A stretch of 64,000 nt of DNA from Podarcis gaigeae (taxonomy: Eukaryota), in assembly GCA_964106915.2 (NCBI GenBank), contig OZ066923.1; one strand, given 5' to 3'. The notes under the pieces are model-generated. The model saw nothing but the letters and a program-made list of their open reading frames with translations, made no database searches and had not been told where the DNA came from. A program made the position numbers and the translations under genes. Below, one piece after another: positions 26,514 to 39,274 of the stretch (positions are counted from its first letter, which is position 1; each line of letters opens with the position of its first letter).

Positions 26514-27230
26514 AGAGAGGCTTCTTGGTGGTTGCACACCAGTTATGGAATATCTCCTCCCCAAAAAAGGTTTTAAAGGTAAAGGGACCTCTGACCGTTA
26601 GGTCCAGTCGTGGGGTTGCGGTGCTCATCTCGCTTTATTGGCTGAGGGAGCCAACGTACAGCTGCCGGGTCATGTGGCCAGCATGACTAAGCCGCTTCTG
26701 GTGAAACCAGAGCAGCGTACGGAAATGCTGTTTACCTTCCCGCCGGAGCGGTACCTATTTATCTGCTTGCACTTTGACGTGCTTTCAAACTGCTAGGTTG
26801 ACAGAAGCTGGGACCGAGCAATGGGAGCTCACCCTGTCGCAGGGATTCGAACCGCCAACCTTCTGATTAGCAAGTCCTAGGCTCTGTAGTTTAACCCACA
26901 GCACCACCCATATCCCTTCAAAAGGTTTTACTAGCACCTATATTATGTTATTTTCAAGGCCAAGTGAATTTAACTTTTTTTTTCTTCAACAAGGCCTTTT
27001 AGTTTCAGTTGGATTTTTTTAAAAAAATGTCAAGGCATGAAATGCTTTCTCTTGCTGGTTTTTCCTGCTAATTTTATGCTAGTCTGTTTTTATTCTGCTT
27101 CTTAGTAACATTTTATAGTGGATGTTGAGTTTTTGCATTGATATGGCTTTATGGATGATATTATATTGCTTATATTTCTGTAAACTGCCCAGAGGATTTG
27201 GCTCAATGGGTGGTCTAGAAATGAAATAAA
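26514..27230 (+). mobile_element. Old L2 3' fragment interrupted by a Sauria SINE
   Basis: RGFLVVAHQLWNI motif before the SINE; AAGGCCTTTTAG and TGTAAACTGCCCAGAG 3' UTR after it. Confidence 0.65.
26576..26919 (-). mobile_element. Sauria SINE
   Basis: Homology to the other copies; 11-bp TSD AAAAGGTTTTA on both sides. Confidence 0.92.
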
Positions 27231-30200
27231 TATGATGCCTTGAAGCACAGTGGATTTCTGGCCAATCTCTTTTGCAGCACCCTCAGAGGCTGTTAGTAAG
27301 CATGCGATAATGAAAGTGTATAGTTTGGGCACCAAAGTGATATGAAATTGTGTGCTACCAAAACAAATGCAACTTCTAAAACACCCACCCCCTTTTTTAA
27401 AAGACCTAAGATAAATGTTTTCGAATAATTTTGTTTGTCTCAGAAGCACACGTGGATCTCTGGATTGGGGAAAAAACAGTGGTCTTGGCAGAAATCGTAT
27501 CAGGTGTCTCACCTTGAGATGTATCAATTTAACAAGGCAATGCATGCTTATAAAAGTTGGACTATTTCATAAAAGATTATTCATTTCTGATGTCCTGCAT
27601 TATGAGTCTCTTTCCCCCCCCTTCTTATTCTGCGAAACCATTCAACATCTTTCTTGCATGCTGTTTTAAGCGCATCCAGCTCTTTAGTCGGGTCTCTTTT
27701 ATTGCCACTCGTCCCTTTCACTTTATATTTCCACTTTTTGTCCTCACCTTGAAATCCAGCATAAATTTTGCTTTACAGTCCTCATTTTTCTTTTTTCACT
27801 TGCCTAGTCTATTCATTTCCCCCTTTCCATCCAGCATGCATTAATTAAATCCTCCACCCACTCGGTTTTACTTAATGTACAAATACGTTGACTAAATCTA
27901 GTCTGGAAGTAGTCTCAATATCCAACAATGGATAATTTCCCAGACTATTGCCATCTACAGATGTATACATGCTGGCAATGCAATCCTACACGCCTACGCA
28001 TTTATTTCAATGGAATTTACTCCCAGGTAAGAGAGAATTGGATTACACCCTAAGGCTCCATTCCTATATGATCTGGGTTTAAGCATCATGAAGATCAATG
28101 GAACTTACTTCTAAGTATGCATGTTTGAGATTGCACTGTGAGAAGTATACTGTCAATTGCTATATTTGTAAAATAGTAACCATAAATGGTTTTATGTTTA
28201 AAATCAAAATACTGCTTTAAGTCATGAAAAGTTGTTCCATGTGTAACTGGTAACATCATACAGCACAATGATTGGCGCTAAATAAATGTTTAATAGTGGT
28301 AATTTGAGCAAGTTTCAGCAGTATATAAATTGCTGAAATGAAGAAGCTCTTCTGCTTGCAACATAAAATTCTGACTACTTCTGCCTGACTCTCACAGTTT
28401 AAATGAAGTCCCTGACTAATTCAGGGAAATCAGCAATGTCTTAATAGGTCATGAAATAAACTAAAGTTCAGCCTAATCTCAGGAATCAACAAATAAGGGA
28501 TAAAGCAAATCCCCTGCCAAACTGGTGAATTTTCAAGCTCATTTGTCAAATCTGCAAAATAACCGCAGCCCTTTGTGAATTATGCAGACATTTCATCATT
28601 GTAGCAGGTAGCGTTTCATTAATTACTCAAAGGTATTGCCAATTTGATGAAACAGGTAGAGGTTGATTAATTTTTAGAGCTTTTTTTTTTTTAAGCTGCA
28701 TAAGTGATTAGCTTTCATGAAAATTGCTAGGCTCTCTAATTTAGGCAAAGGCTTTGGTGAACTGATAAATCAGGCAAACACTGTCAGTTAAAAGAAGGAA
28801 TAAATATATAGATTGATTCCCAAATGAAACTACATCACAAGAATATCTAAAAACTATTTTTTCTTAATAAAAATAAGAACTTGGAAAGATTCATAACCAG
28901 GCCTTTCACATACTCTTCAAATTATTCATGAAAAGGTTTCCATCATCACCTGTAACACAGTAAAATTGTCGCATTTGTTATGTTGAAATGACTAGGAATA
29001 CATCTGATTTTGAAAAGGCTAGGGCTAGAGGTATGTAAACACATTTGCTCAGGAGTAAGCCCCACTAAATTCAATGGAACTTGAATTCACATAAGTTTCT
29101 ACAGAGCTGCAGCCTAAAAGACCTAATATACATGCAATACATGCAGTTAAACAATTACACCAACATGCTAGCACAATTCAAAGCAACCCATAATCATTTC
29201 ATTACTGCTAATTATTAATATCCATTATTATGGTCCAACATTGTCTGCTATCTTTAAGTAAAACTGGAAGAGAAAGTGGTGAATTACCTGGTAGAAGACC
29301 TCTGTCCAAAGACAATAATTAACTCTCCTGGCTATAGAAACTTTAGTATGAGCATTTAAAGCCCTTTTGTAATCCTGATTGGTCAGTGATAAAGCATGCT
29401 GTTTGTTTATTTTAGGCAACCAATTGAAAACTGAAAAGGCATCTCAGACTACTTGGTGCAGAAGGTTACGAGGACTTCTTTTTAAACCCTTTAGTTCTAC
29501 TTCACAGAAATAATGATCATTTATTAAAAGCACTGAAGTATTATATTTTTAATGAATGAAACACTACCCTTGTTTAGAAGAGTCATAGTCACAATTCTAC
29601 AATATATATTTGCAATGATGCTGCATGTGGAAGTGACACAGCAAACCATTTCTATAACCTCAGAAATGCAGCAGTAAAATAAAAATTATGTTTCCTTATA
29701 TAAGCGACATGACATCCTCCAGCGTTGCAAAGTCTCAAGCAGGGTAGCATGTATTTGGGGGAATTTAGCAGCTCCTTGGGTCAGACTTTATTAGAAAACT
29801 AGACCATCTTTTTTCAGACCAGACTTTGTGCATTAAGAGGTTAAGAAGCAAGACTTATTAAGAGGGCTTGTGTGAATCATTATGTGTGATGGATTTTGAT
29901 ATAATGGAAAGGTGTGCTAGTGTAAGAGAAGCAGAGGTGATTTTCTGCAGATTCTTCCTTCCCGCTACAGCCTCCCTGTGCCCCTCTCATACAATTGTCC
30001 ATGTTGTTCTCCCTGAACTCTCTGAACAGATGTAGGGGACAGGGACTGCAGTTAGGAGTTAACATTTCCCTACTCCCCACCCCCCACTATTATCACAGTC
30101 TATATCAAGCCGCACACAATTTGCATAGGATAGGAAGCCAATATGCTAACGGACCAAATTTACCATTAGTATACAAAGCCCCAACACAACCTGGCACTAA

Positions 30201-31130
30201 CATAGCTGAAGACCTGCCTTAGCTTCTCTATACCTGCCCGTTCACTCCAGTCATCTACATCCTTGTGGTGCCACAATGAAAGGTTTGTTTGGAGGCAGCT
30301 TGGATCGGGTCCTTCAGCACTGGGGCAACAACCAGCCTTGTGGAAGACAAGTTAGAAAAGACCCAGCATGGTATATATACATGCCATAAAATACGAATGC
30401 TAATGTTCACTTTTACAAGCTTTCCCAGAAAGACGAGTTTACGTTTATAATGATTTTGAGTGTACATATTGATACTAAATGTCTTGTTAGCTGCTTTGGT
30501 TTTCACACAGCAACCTTCATATTTCAGGACACTGGATAATTCCCTAATATGACGGTGGTTATTTTACTACCATATCCTTCTTAGCTCTACTACCATATCT
30601 TCTAAACTTGTTAATTGTCCCTTTTCTACTAATAAACTGTCCTGGAAATGAAAAAGGAATATAGGATACGTGCTACATTGAAACTTCCAAACACATATGA
30701 TGAATATGATACCACATACTTCATGGGCAGCTGCTGCCATTACATGTTCCCCACCCCCTTATCATATAGCAGTAAAAAGGGCATTCTGCTTTTATAACAC
30801 CCAGTTTGGTTTTTAAACTGTAATGTTACTTTACTACTGTGAGCATACATTCAACTGGAATCTTACCACCAGGGGAAATTGATTAACAGGACAGGACTAG
30901 TTTTTAAGGGGAATTCCTGACAGGCTCGGTCTTGTCGCCTAGGTACTGGCACAAACTTGGGCTTAGAAGCGGAGTGCAGAATGAAGCTTCCTTGCTAACG
31001 AGTCTGAGTCATCTGAGGACATGGAAAGAAGGGAAGACTCCAGCTGTACCAAGGCTGTAGTCTAGGCTGGCACCCTGCCTGCTTCTGTGCATCCAGGATC
31101 ATGCAGTATCGCTGTTCAGAAGCAATAGAG

Positions 31131-31377
31131 GAAGAAGAAGAGTTTGGATTTGATATCCCGCTTTATCACTGCCCGAAGGAGTCTCAAAGCGGCTAACATT
31201 CTCCTTTCTCTTCCTCCCTCACAACAAACACTCTGTGAGGTGAGTGGGGCTGAGAGACTTCAGAGAAGTGTGACTAGCCCAAGGTCACCCAGCAGCTGCA
31301 TGTGGAGGAGCGGAGACGCGAACCCGGTTCACCAGATTACGAGTCCACCAGATTACGAGTACACCACACTGGCTCTC
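31131..31377 (-). mobile_element. tRNA-derived CORE-type SINE (Squam3-like) with (CTT)n tail
   Basis: Minus strand GAGAGCCAGTGTGGTGTA...GGGTGACCTTGGGCTAGTCAC (CORE-like)...GCCGCTTTGAG...AAAGCGGGATAT...CTTCTTCTTC; flanking CAATAG repeat. Confidence 0.85.
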
Positions 31378-32898
31378 ACAATAGTCATTTACACTACCTA
31401 ACATGTACATGCAAAGGTATGCTGGGCAAAGGCGACAGCAGGTTTTTTGCGACAGGATCTGCGTGTGCAAAAGCATAGCTTCTGAAAATATTGAAGCCTG
31501 CTTGGTGTGGCTCTGGCTCTCCTTGGGATCTGTGTATCAGAAGAGAGAAGAGATCAATCCATGGCATGTATGCTGCAGTTGAGAGATCAGGGTCTCTTGG
31601 TGACTTCAAGACCCCCACTTATTTGGGGCCCAGCTGGAAGATTTAAGACATCCAGTAGTGACCGAATCCATTTCTGAGCATAGAAATGTCATGGAAAATC
31701 TTTCCCCTGAACTTGGGTGGTGAGTGCAACAGAGGCTTGCAAACCTGGGTGAAGAAAGCAACAACCTTGCAACAGAAACTAAAGGAGTGTCTTGATTGAG
31801 AAAGAATACCTTTCTCAGTCTCTCATTATTTTTTTCAAAAAAGAGGGGGAAAAGGATGCAACTGTCATTGAACAAAGAACTTTTTAATGAATTATTTGCA
31901 TAGCTCCAACACATACAGCTGAAGATTTATTAGCTTAGATAACAGCGGCATGCCAGGATTAAGTAATAATAAGACAGGGGTATCAGAATTATTTAATAGC
32001 TGCATGCTTGACTGTGTTAAGTAGGACAAAGGTTAAAGCTTAAAAGGTAGAGAACATTTTATTTTTCCAGTGTTATGTGATCATAAGATAAATTTCTTTA
32101 GGGCATCCAGTATAATTATTATGGTTATAAAAGCACAGAATTTTCAGGGTGGAGAGAACTATATAAGGAAATCATGTCAGAAATAACACAAAATCACAGC
32201 ATAGAGCTCAGCGGGCTCCTCTGTTTACAACAATGGATGCATTCCTTAACAGTGTTCATTCGTGGAAGTCATTCCCAAGCCCTATTTATGCAAAGTCCTG
32301 CTTACACCTATTAGATACTTAACCTATGCTCCATATTAAACAAGAGATACCAGGGCTGTTATTCCAGCATAATGACCCTGAATTTAACAGGAATCCAGAC
32401 AGCAAGCCACCACATATTATCAAAACGACACGCCACGGGCCTCTGCAACAGACCTTTAACCCACCCACCCCCTACCCTGAAAGTACTGCAAACCAGTGAA
32501 CTGCAAGCTGGACAACATCCCCAGATACTGCCCATAAGTTTGCACCACAGAGGGCTAGGTATTTTGAGAGGTAAGGCAAAAGGTGTCAGGATCTGCTGTT
32601 TAGGCTACAGTTCGAGTCAAAACCAATTCAAAACAATATGCAGCATCTCTTGTCAACCAAAAAGCTCATCATGTTACCCAGACATTGACTGTGTCCTGGC
32701 TGAAGTTTTAGATGACAGGCGAAAGTCAATAAGAAGGGAGTTTCGGTCAACCAATCAGAAAGAATTCAATGCAGGCCACAGTGTAAATCCTGAACTTACA
32801 GGTGGGTGAGAAAGAAAACAGAAAGACAGACAGACAGAGATAGTCATGAAACAGAAATCTTGGAATATATGTATCTTGTTCAGAGTGTCTTCTATATA

Positions 32899-33140
32899 CA
32901 GTGGTACCTCGGGTTACATACGCTTCAGGTTACATACGCTTCAGGTTACAGACTCCGCTAACCCAGAAATATTACCTTGGGTTAAGAACTTTGCTTCAGG
33001 ATAAGAACAGAAATCATGCTCCAGGGGCACAGCGGCAGCAGGAGGCCCCATTAGCTAAAGTGGTGCTTCAGGTTAAGAACAGTTTCAGGTTAAGAACGGA
33101 CCTCCGGAATGAATTAAGTACTTAACCTGAGGTGCCACTG
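32899..33140. mobile_element. Tc1/mariner MITE, family A
   Basis: TIR CAGTGGTACCTC, TA TSD. Confidence 0.9.
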
Positions 33141-33994
33141 TATTGATATCTCTTTTTAGTGGTGTCTCCAATGACCTGCTGCTAAGTGGAATCAGCTACT
33201 GCGTGTGACCTACTGCAGCTCAGCACTACAAGTCTTCTGAATGCTAGACTTTGAACATTCAATCAATGAACTGTTTCCGTTCTTGATAAAACAAAAAGGT
33301 CCCACAAATGAACACAGCAGCAGATCTTAAATTTTGTTTTTGTTTTTTAGAAGACAAAAAACTTGTAAATTGTTTTTGCGCAATTACTTTCAAAAACTGC
33401 AAGCAGCAGGCACCATTTTAAAAGAAGCTTTCCCCTTCTATGACATACATCAGGGGATACTTCTTCAAAGCTAGTGCCTGATATGATGTGCCCCTACATC
33501 ATCTAAAAACAAAGAAAGCCCTTTTCTACGTCAGATTTATTGTTTTATTCAGATGAAAAATTGGGCAGATAAAACAGATCAAGCAACTGACTGAATTAAA
33601 TTTATGGAATTAATCCAACTAAGGGGACAATGGAAAAACCAACAATAACCGAGAGAGAGAGCGCAAAAAATTAAATTCCTGCACAAAGGCAACATAATGA
33701 ACATTTTAAACACCAAAACCTGGATGCATAACAAGTTATTTGCCTTGACCTATGGCTGAAAAGATCATAAAGAAGTGATAGATATGTTTATCATGGAAGG
33801 CTCTTTTTGATGCTAGGGGTTGGTTTGTTTGTCTTCATCTAACTGTTTGTGCTTTTGTGTTTGATTGCCAAACTGTGGTTTAACAATCTCTTATCTAGCC
33901 TTTATCCACTATGCTACTACACTAGCCAGGCGTTTGTCAGAATTGACTCCAAGTGAGAACCATATGAAGTCAGCTATTTGAAAATTTTCTCTTT

Positions 33995-34097
33995 TCAGGG
34001 TCATAGGTTTGAGCCCCAAGTTGGGCAAAAACATTCCTGCATCCCGGGGGGTTGGACTAGATGACCCTCGTGGTCCCTTCCAACTCTACAATTCTAT
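33995..34097 (+). mobile_element. 5'-truncated tRNA-Lys/CR1 SINE
   Basis: TCAGGGTCATAGGTTTGAGCCCCAAGTTGGGC (tRNA-Lys T-arm and acceptor) followed by the CR1 tail. Confidence 0.8.
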
Positions 34098-35138
34098 CCT
34101 ACTACCAAGGTGCATTTCTTTTGTCTCCTTGCCTCCACTTTTGTCCCGTTATGCTTCTAAGAAAAGTCATGCCAGCAGACATGTTCCCTGACACAAAGGC
34201 TCACTCATCCTTAGGCTGCAGGGAGAGACAAAGACATTTGAAATAAGCCCGTTTCTCTTCTGGATAGTGAACAGTTTCTGGGGGCTTCCTTCCAGCCAAG
34301 GAAGTAGACAGTCCATTTCTCCCCACAGCAGGATCCAAATAAACACTGTTGCAGGTGAGGAAACAAATAGATGGATTCTCTCCTGGCAGAGTCCAAAGAG
34401 CAAAACTGTGTCACCCTTGGTGGTAAGAGTTCAACCAAACACAAGAAGTTCCGTCCTCAGCGGGGCTCATCTCAAGAATTCAAGTCCACCCTTTTAGCAA
34501 AACAAATACAAACAGTTCCTTTCTCTGGAAGTCGTTAGAGGCGGGAGGAAGGGGAAGCCACAAAAGGTTAATGAACTTGGCAGGAGTCAACTAACACAAT
34601 TGAAATTACCCGCTGAAGCAGTAAGAATTGTGAAACCAAGAATCCCAGCTGGCTAGTTCCAGAAAACAGAGTTCTCTTACATCTGAAGAACGACTTGTGG
34701 GAAATCCACCCATCCCATCATTTGATCTCGCACAAGGCTTTGTATAGTCTTAACCCTGGAAATAAGGCAGGGTCCCTTCTCCTATTTCTGTGTTAACTGT
34801 CGCAGAAATGATAAGTATGGTTATGGTTCAGCATTCCTCCTCCTGTTCTTTTTCTATTTACTTAATATAGGTCTCCCTACAACAGGCCCCTTCAGAAGAT
34901 TGGAAAGAAGAGTTTGGGGCCATGCTTGTTTTGTGCAATTTAAAATCAGTGAGCATAATCCAACAGGAAGCTCGATTCCTGTTCATGGGACAATCCACAA
35001 TGTGTCATCGAAAACAGGCAGTGTGTTCCAAGGGATGCATCACATTTAGCCCTAACACTATTGAACTAGTTCTCCCATGTCTACACCAGACGTGAGAAGA
35101 CTTTACGCTTACAGTTCCTACTTTACTGTTATTATTAC

Positions 35139-35424
35139 TAGGAGTGGGCAACATCTGGTTTTCAACATTGTAATAGATCACCAGCTAAATATTGTGATAT
35201 ACTGACATATCGTGGTGTCTCAAATAAGGATGGAGCTATGTAGAGGCATTGGTAGGCTGCATGGTTTTTCCCATGTTGTGATTTTTGCATCACACACACA
35301 CACACACACACACACACCATGATTCATAATATATTGTCAGGTCAGAAATTATGAAACTGATATCACAATACAGACTTCAAACTGGTTTTGAATAATATAT
35401 CAATTGCACAAAACCTTTGCCCTA
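35139..35424. mobile_element. Non-autonomous hAT element with internal (CA)n
   Basis: TAGG...CCCTA termini and a perfect 8-bp TSD ATTATTAC at 35131-35138 and 35425-35432. Confidence 0.75.
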
Positions 35425-36539
35425 ATTATTACTAATTTTTATTTATTATTGTTACTCCATGCTTGGCACAACAGTAAGACATTAAAAACAAATTACTCTG
35501 AACCTAGGAACTGGAGGACCAGTAACAAATGATGTCCAACAGCCTTGAACCCAAAACACCACTCCTGGTCTTTCCAAGCTCTCTATCAGCTGTATAATTT
35601 GGGGCAGGGCAGTCATTTTGTTGCTGCTATTGTTAAAAAGCTGGGAGGCAAAAACCCTTACCAATCCGCAGCAAGTCACTCAGGGATATATCAATAATGT
35701 TACCCTCTGTCCAACCCTGTTTTATGTACAACTGTGTTCTTCTATGTGTGCACATACCGACAAATTATCCTTTTTTACCACTAAGTAAGATTACAGACAG
35801 GGCAAAAACCTCCGTCTCCTCACACAAACATTTACTTAGCTGATTTCCCCCTGTAAAACATTCAATGTGTAAACTTTTACAGGGGTAAAAGGATTAAAAA
35901 GAAAATCGCTGAATATTTGGTCAGTGGTTCTTCCAGTGGTGTTGCTGAAATGTTGCTAGAGTATTAAGCAAGGCTTTGGAACTGCAATAGATCCTGGGTT
36001 CACCTTCTGCCGATAACTTGTCTCCTGTTAGTCAACTTAAGAGCTCCAGACTGTGCTTTAAGGATTCCCACATGAATCAGCTGATGGTATTTCCCAACAC
36101 TGCAAATATTTCCAATAAGCCTCCTTTACCAGAAATGGTACAAAGAACATTTCTTTATTACTTAAAAGAAAACTAGGAGTAATATTCCCCTTCAGTACCA
36201 CAATTCATACCCAGAAGCAATTCCCACTGAGTTCAATTACACCCAAGTAAAGGTGCACAGGATACTAGCCCTCAGGTGTGATCTGAGTCAGGCTTAATTT
36301 GAAAGAAAGTTCCTTGGAAACCAGCCCTGATGGCAAGGTTCCACCTACATTGTCACAGGCTCTGAATAGTTGCTGCAAATTACAGGATGTCAGAACGCTG
36401 TTTCCCACAGAGTGCATGTTTCCCACAGCAATCTAGTTGGCCACTGTGAGAACATGGTGCTAAACTAGGAGGGCCTTTGGCCTGCTACAGAAGCCTTGTC
36501 TTATTATGTCCAACCCTTTATGGGGCTGTGGGTGAAATA

Positions 36540-37118
36540 CATACCCTCCAACATATCTCTGATGAAAATAGGGACGTCCCGTTCCACAATGATAATTTTA
36601 CTATTTATACCCAGCTTACTGGTTGCCCAACCACTCTGGGCAGCTTTCAACATATAGTGGTACCTTAGGTTACAGACGCTTCAGGTTACAGATGCTTCAG
36701 GTTACAGACTCCGCTAACCCAGAAATAGTACCTCGGTTAAAAAGCTTTGCTTCAGGATGAGAACAGAAGTCATGCTCCGGCAGCGCGGCAGGAGGCCCCA
36801 TTAGCTAAAGTGGTGCTTCAGGTTAAGAACAGTTTCAGGTTAAGAACAGACCTCCAGAACGAATTAAGTTCTTAACCTGAGGTACCACTGTATATAAAAA
36901 CATAATAAAACATTATTATTATTTTTTAAAAACCCTCCCCTATACAGGATTGCCTTCGGACAGCTTGGGGGTCGGATAACTCCATACTCTCCAACATTTC
37001 CCAATGAAAATAGGGACAGCCTAAGGAAAAGTGAGACATTCCAGGATCAAATCATAAACTGAGATGGCTTCTCTAAATCAGGGACGTCCCTGGAAAATAG
37101 GGACACTTGCGCGGTCTG
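36540..37118. mobile_element. Composite non-autonomous DNA element (hAT-like termini) containing an L2 tail and a family-A MITE
   Basis: CATACCCTCCAA left end, CACTTGCGCGGTCTG right end, repeated AATAGGGAC subterminal motifs, flanking GAAATA direct repeat. Confidence 0.6.
36655..36890. mobile_element. Tc1/mariner MITE, family A (nested)
   Basis: TIR (C/T)AGTGGTACCT, TA TSD. Confidence 0.9.
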
Positions 37119-37295
37119 GAAATATCTCTGCTCTCATAGTAGTGGAGACTCTAAAATACGGCAATGAGTAGTTTAGGTGGCCTTCTTCTTTTGCATGTTA
37201 ACTATTTTATTTAGGTTTGACATAAATGCTCTTTTTAATTAGCAGAAGTGAAGCAACAACTTGCATTTCACCTCACAAATCTGAGGCTAACTAAA

Positions 37296-37448
37296 CAGTG
37301 GCGTAGCGTGGGGGTGCAGGGGGGGCCGGCCGCACCGGGTGCAACATCTGGGGGGGCGCGCTCGCACTCGCAGCTCTCTGCCCCTACCTGGCAGGGGCGC
37401 AAATTACTTGTCTTGCCCCAGGTGCTGACAACCCACGCTACGCCACTG
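37296..37448. mobile_element. Young GC-rich hAT MITE (153 bp)
   Basis: Perfect 17-bp TIR CAGTGGCGTAGCGTGGG; perfect 8-bp TSD TAACTAAA at 37288-37295 and 37449-37456. Confidence 0.92.
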
Positions 37449-37935
37449 TAACTAAAAGATGCCAACCAAACTGGCTATTCTCTGCAGTGTGACAGTTATT
37501 TCTGGGTTCTTATAAGAGCGCCAGGTGTGGGGCAGGTACAGTTGTGGCTGCAAAGGAACCATCGGGAGCTTACAGTGAACAATGCTGGGAGCCTTGCTGG
37601 GCTTGACTGCATTAAGGTGTTAGTTCCTCATAAAGGACGCAAGCACAGCTGAGAAGCGGTTTGGTTTTAAACCACTTCCTCAAATCGCAGATGTCTGCAG
37701 AGGGGGAAAATGTAACACACAGAGGAGATGGTTTCAAGGCAAACCACTTCCTCCAAACTGACTTGACAAGGAATCCCTGTAAACAGCTGATTGGCAGTTA
37801 CAACAAGCCCCTCTGAAGGGATGCCCCTTAAAGCTGTGCCATCAAGAGCTTACTGTGACTACCGATCAGGGGTTACGTCAACCTCCTTTTGAGCTTTAAC
37901 AAGTGTCAATCACCGGAAATCATTATGACATCAGG

Positions 37936-38241
37936 TAGGACTTGCCAATCAGAAGGTCGGCAGTTCGAATCCCCGCGACGGGGTGAGCTCCCGTTGCTCA
38001 GTCCTTGCTCCTGCCAACCTAGCAGTTCGAAAGCACGTCAAAGTGTAAGTAGATAAATAGGTACCGCTCTGGCGGGAAGGTAAACGGCGTTTCCGTGTGC
38101 TGCTCTGGTTCACCAGAAGCAGCTTAGTCATGCTGGCCACATGACCCAGAAGCTCCCTCAGCCAGTAAAGCGAGATGAGCGCTGCAACCCCAGAGTCGGC
38201 CACGACTGGACCTAATGGTCAGGGGTCCCTTTACCTTTACC
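37936..38241 (+). mobile_element. Sauria SINE, 5'-truncated
   Basis: Starts at TAGGACTTGCC; B-box, body and ACCTTT tail present. Confidence 0.9.
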
Positions 38242-39274
38242 TAGCTGACATGGGAGGGTGGAAAAAATAGGGACCCTATTCCCCACCTGTCTTACAGCTT
38301 TGGTTCAGTTGCTCTAGGAGAGGGTTTTTGAACGCAATGAATTAGACAATTTTTTTTAAGAAAAAATATTTTGTTTCACTTTCCCTCCCTATTTGTGCTC
38401 AGCATTCATCCTTACCTTGTGCAAGGGATGTTCTTGCCATTCCCTGTTGTTTTTCTCCTTTCATAAGTTTCTGCTCTCCCCCTCGCCACCCCTTCATTAA
38501 TGTGCTCATTCATTCGTTCATTCTTTCATTGAGGTTGACAGTGGAGTGAAATGGCTAGTGCCACCAATTCTAAAGTGCTAAGAGTCAGCTTTTAGACAAC
38601 TTCCTAAGGGACTGGCAGAAGGAACAGAGGAAGGGAAACGAGGACAGGAAATCAACTAGGATACAAGCTGTGCTGTGTTCATTTGCATGGAACAGAGTGA
38701 CACCCGAACTGATTTATGGCAACGATTAGAATAATAATAGATACCTCCTATTTGACCTTTTTTCATAAATGAAGTTCACAATACTTTATGAGAAGAGATT
38801 AATATTATATGGGGGAGAAAACGGCCGTAAGAAACTTGTGATGAGCAGAGCAAAGTACCCAGCCCATTAGAAAGATGGGGTGAATAAGGAATATGTCGCC
38901 TGCATTTATCCTGTGGATTCATCTCTAGGACTAACAACAATTTCAAATGCACTCATCAAACAAAATGCAGAATCCTATTGTTTAGCTGTTTATTGAATAA
39001 ATTTGCAGCGTTTTAGATAGACACAAAGTGAAAATATATGCACCATATAACGTTACATATATTTCAGTATTGTTAGTTACAGAAATGCATCCAAGCTTTC
39101 TCACTTACTCCACTCGTTAGCAGCACACACACAAATTATCCCCAGTAGATATTTAACTTAAATCTGACCAAGAAACTATTAGATATATTTGTATTAAATA
39201 AATGCATTAAAAGCCTTAAACAATTGCTTCTGGCAAATTATTTTGCAGGTCAATCGCAGTAAGCTTGAGGTTGC

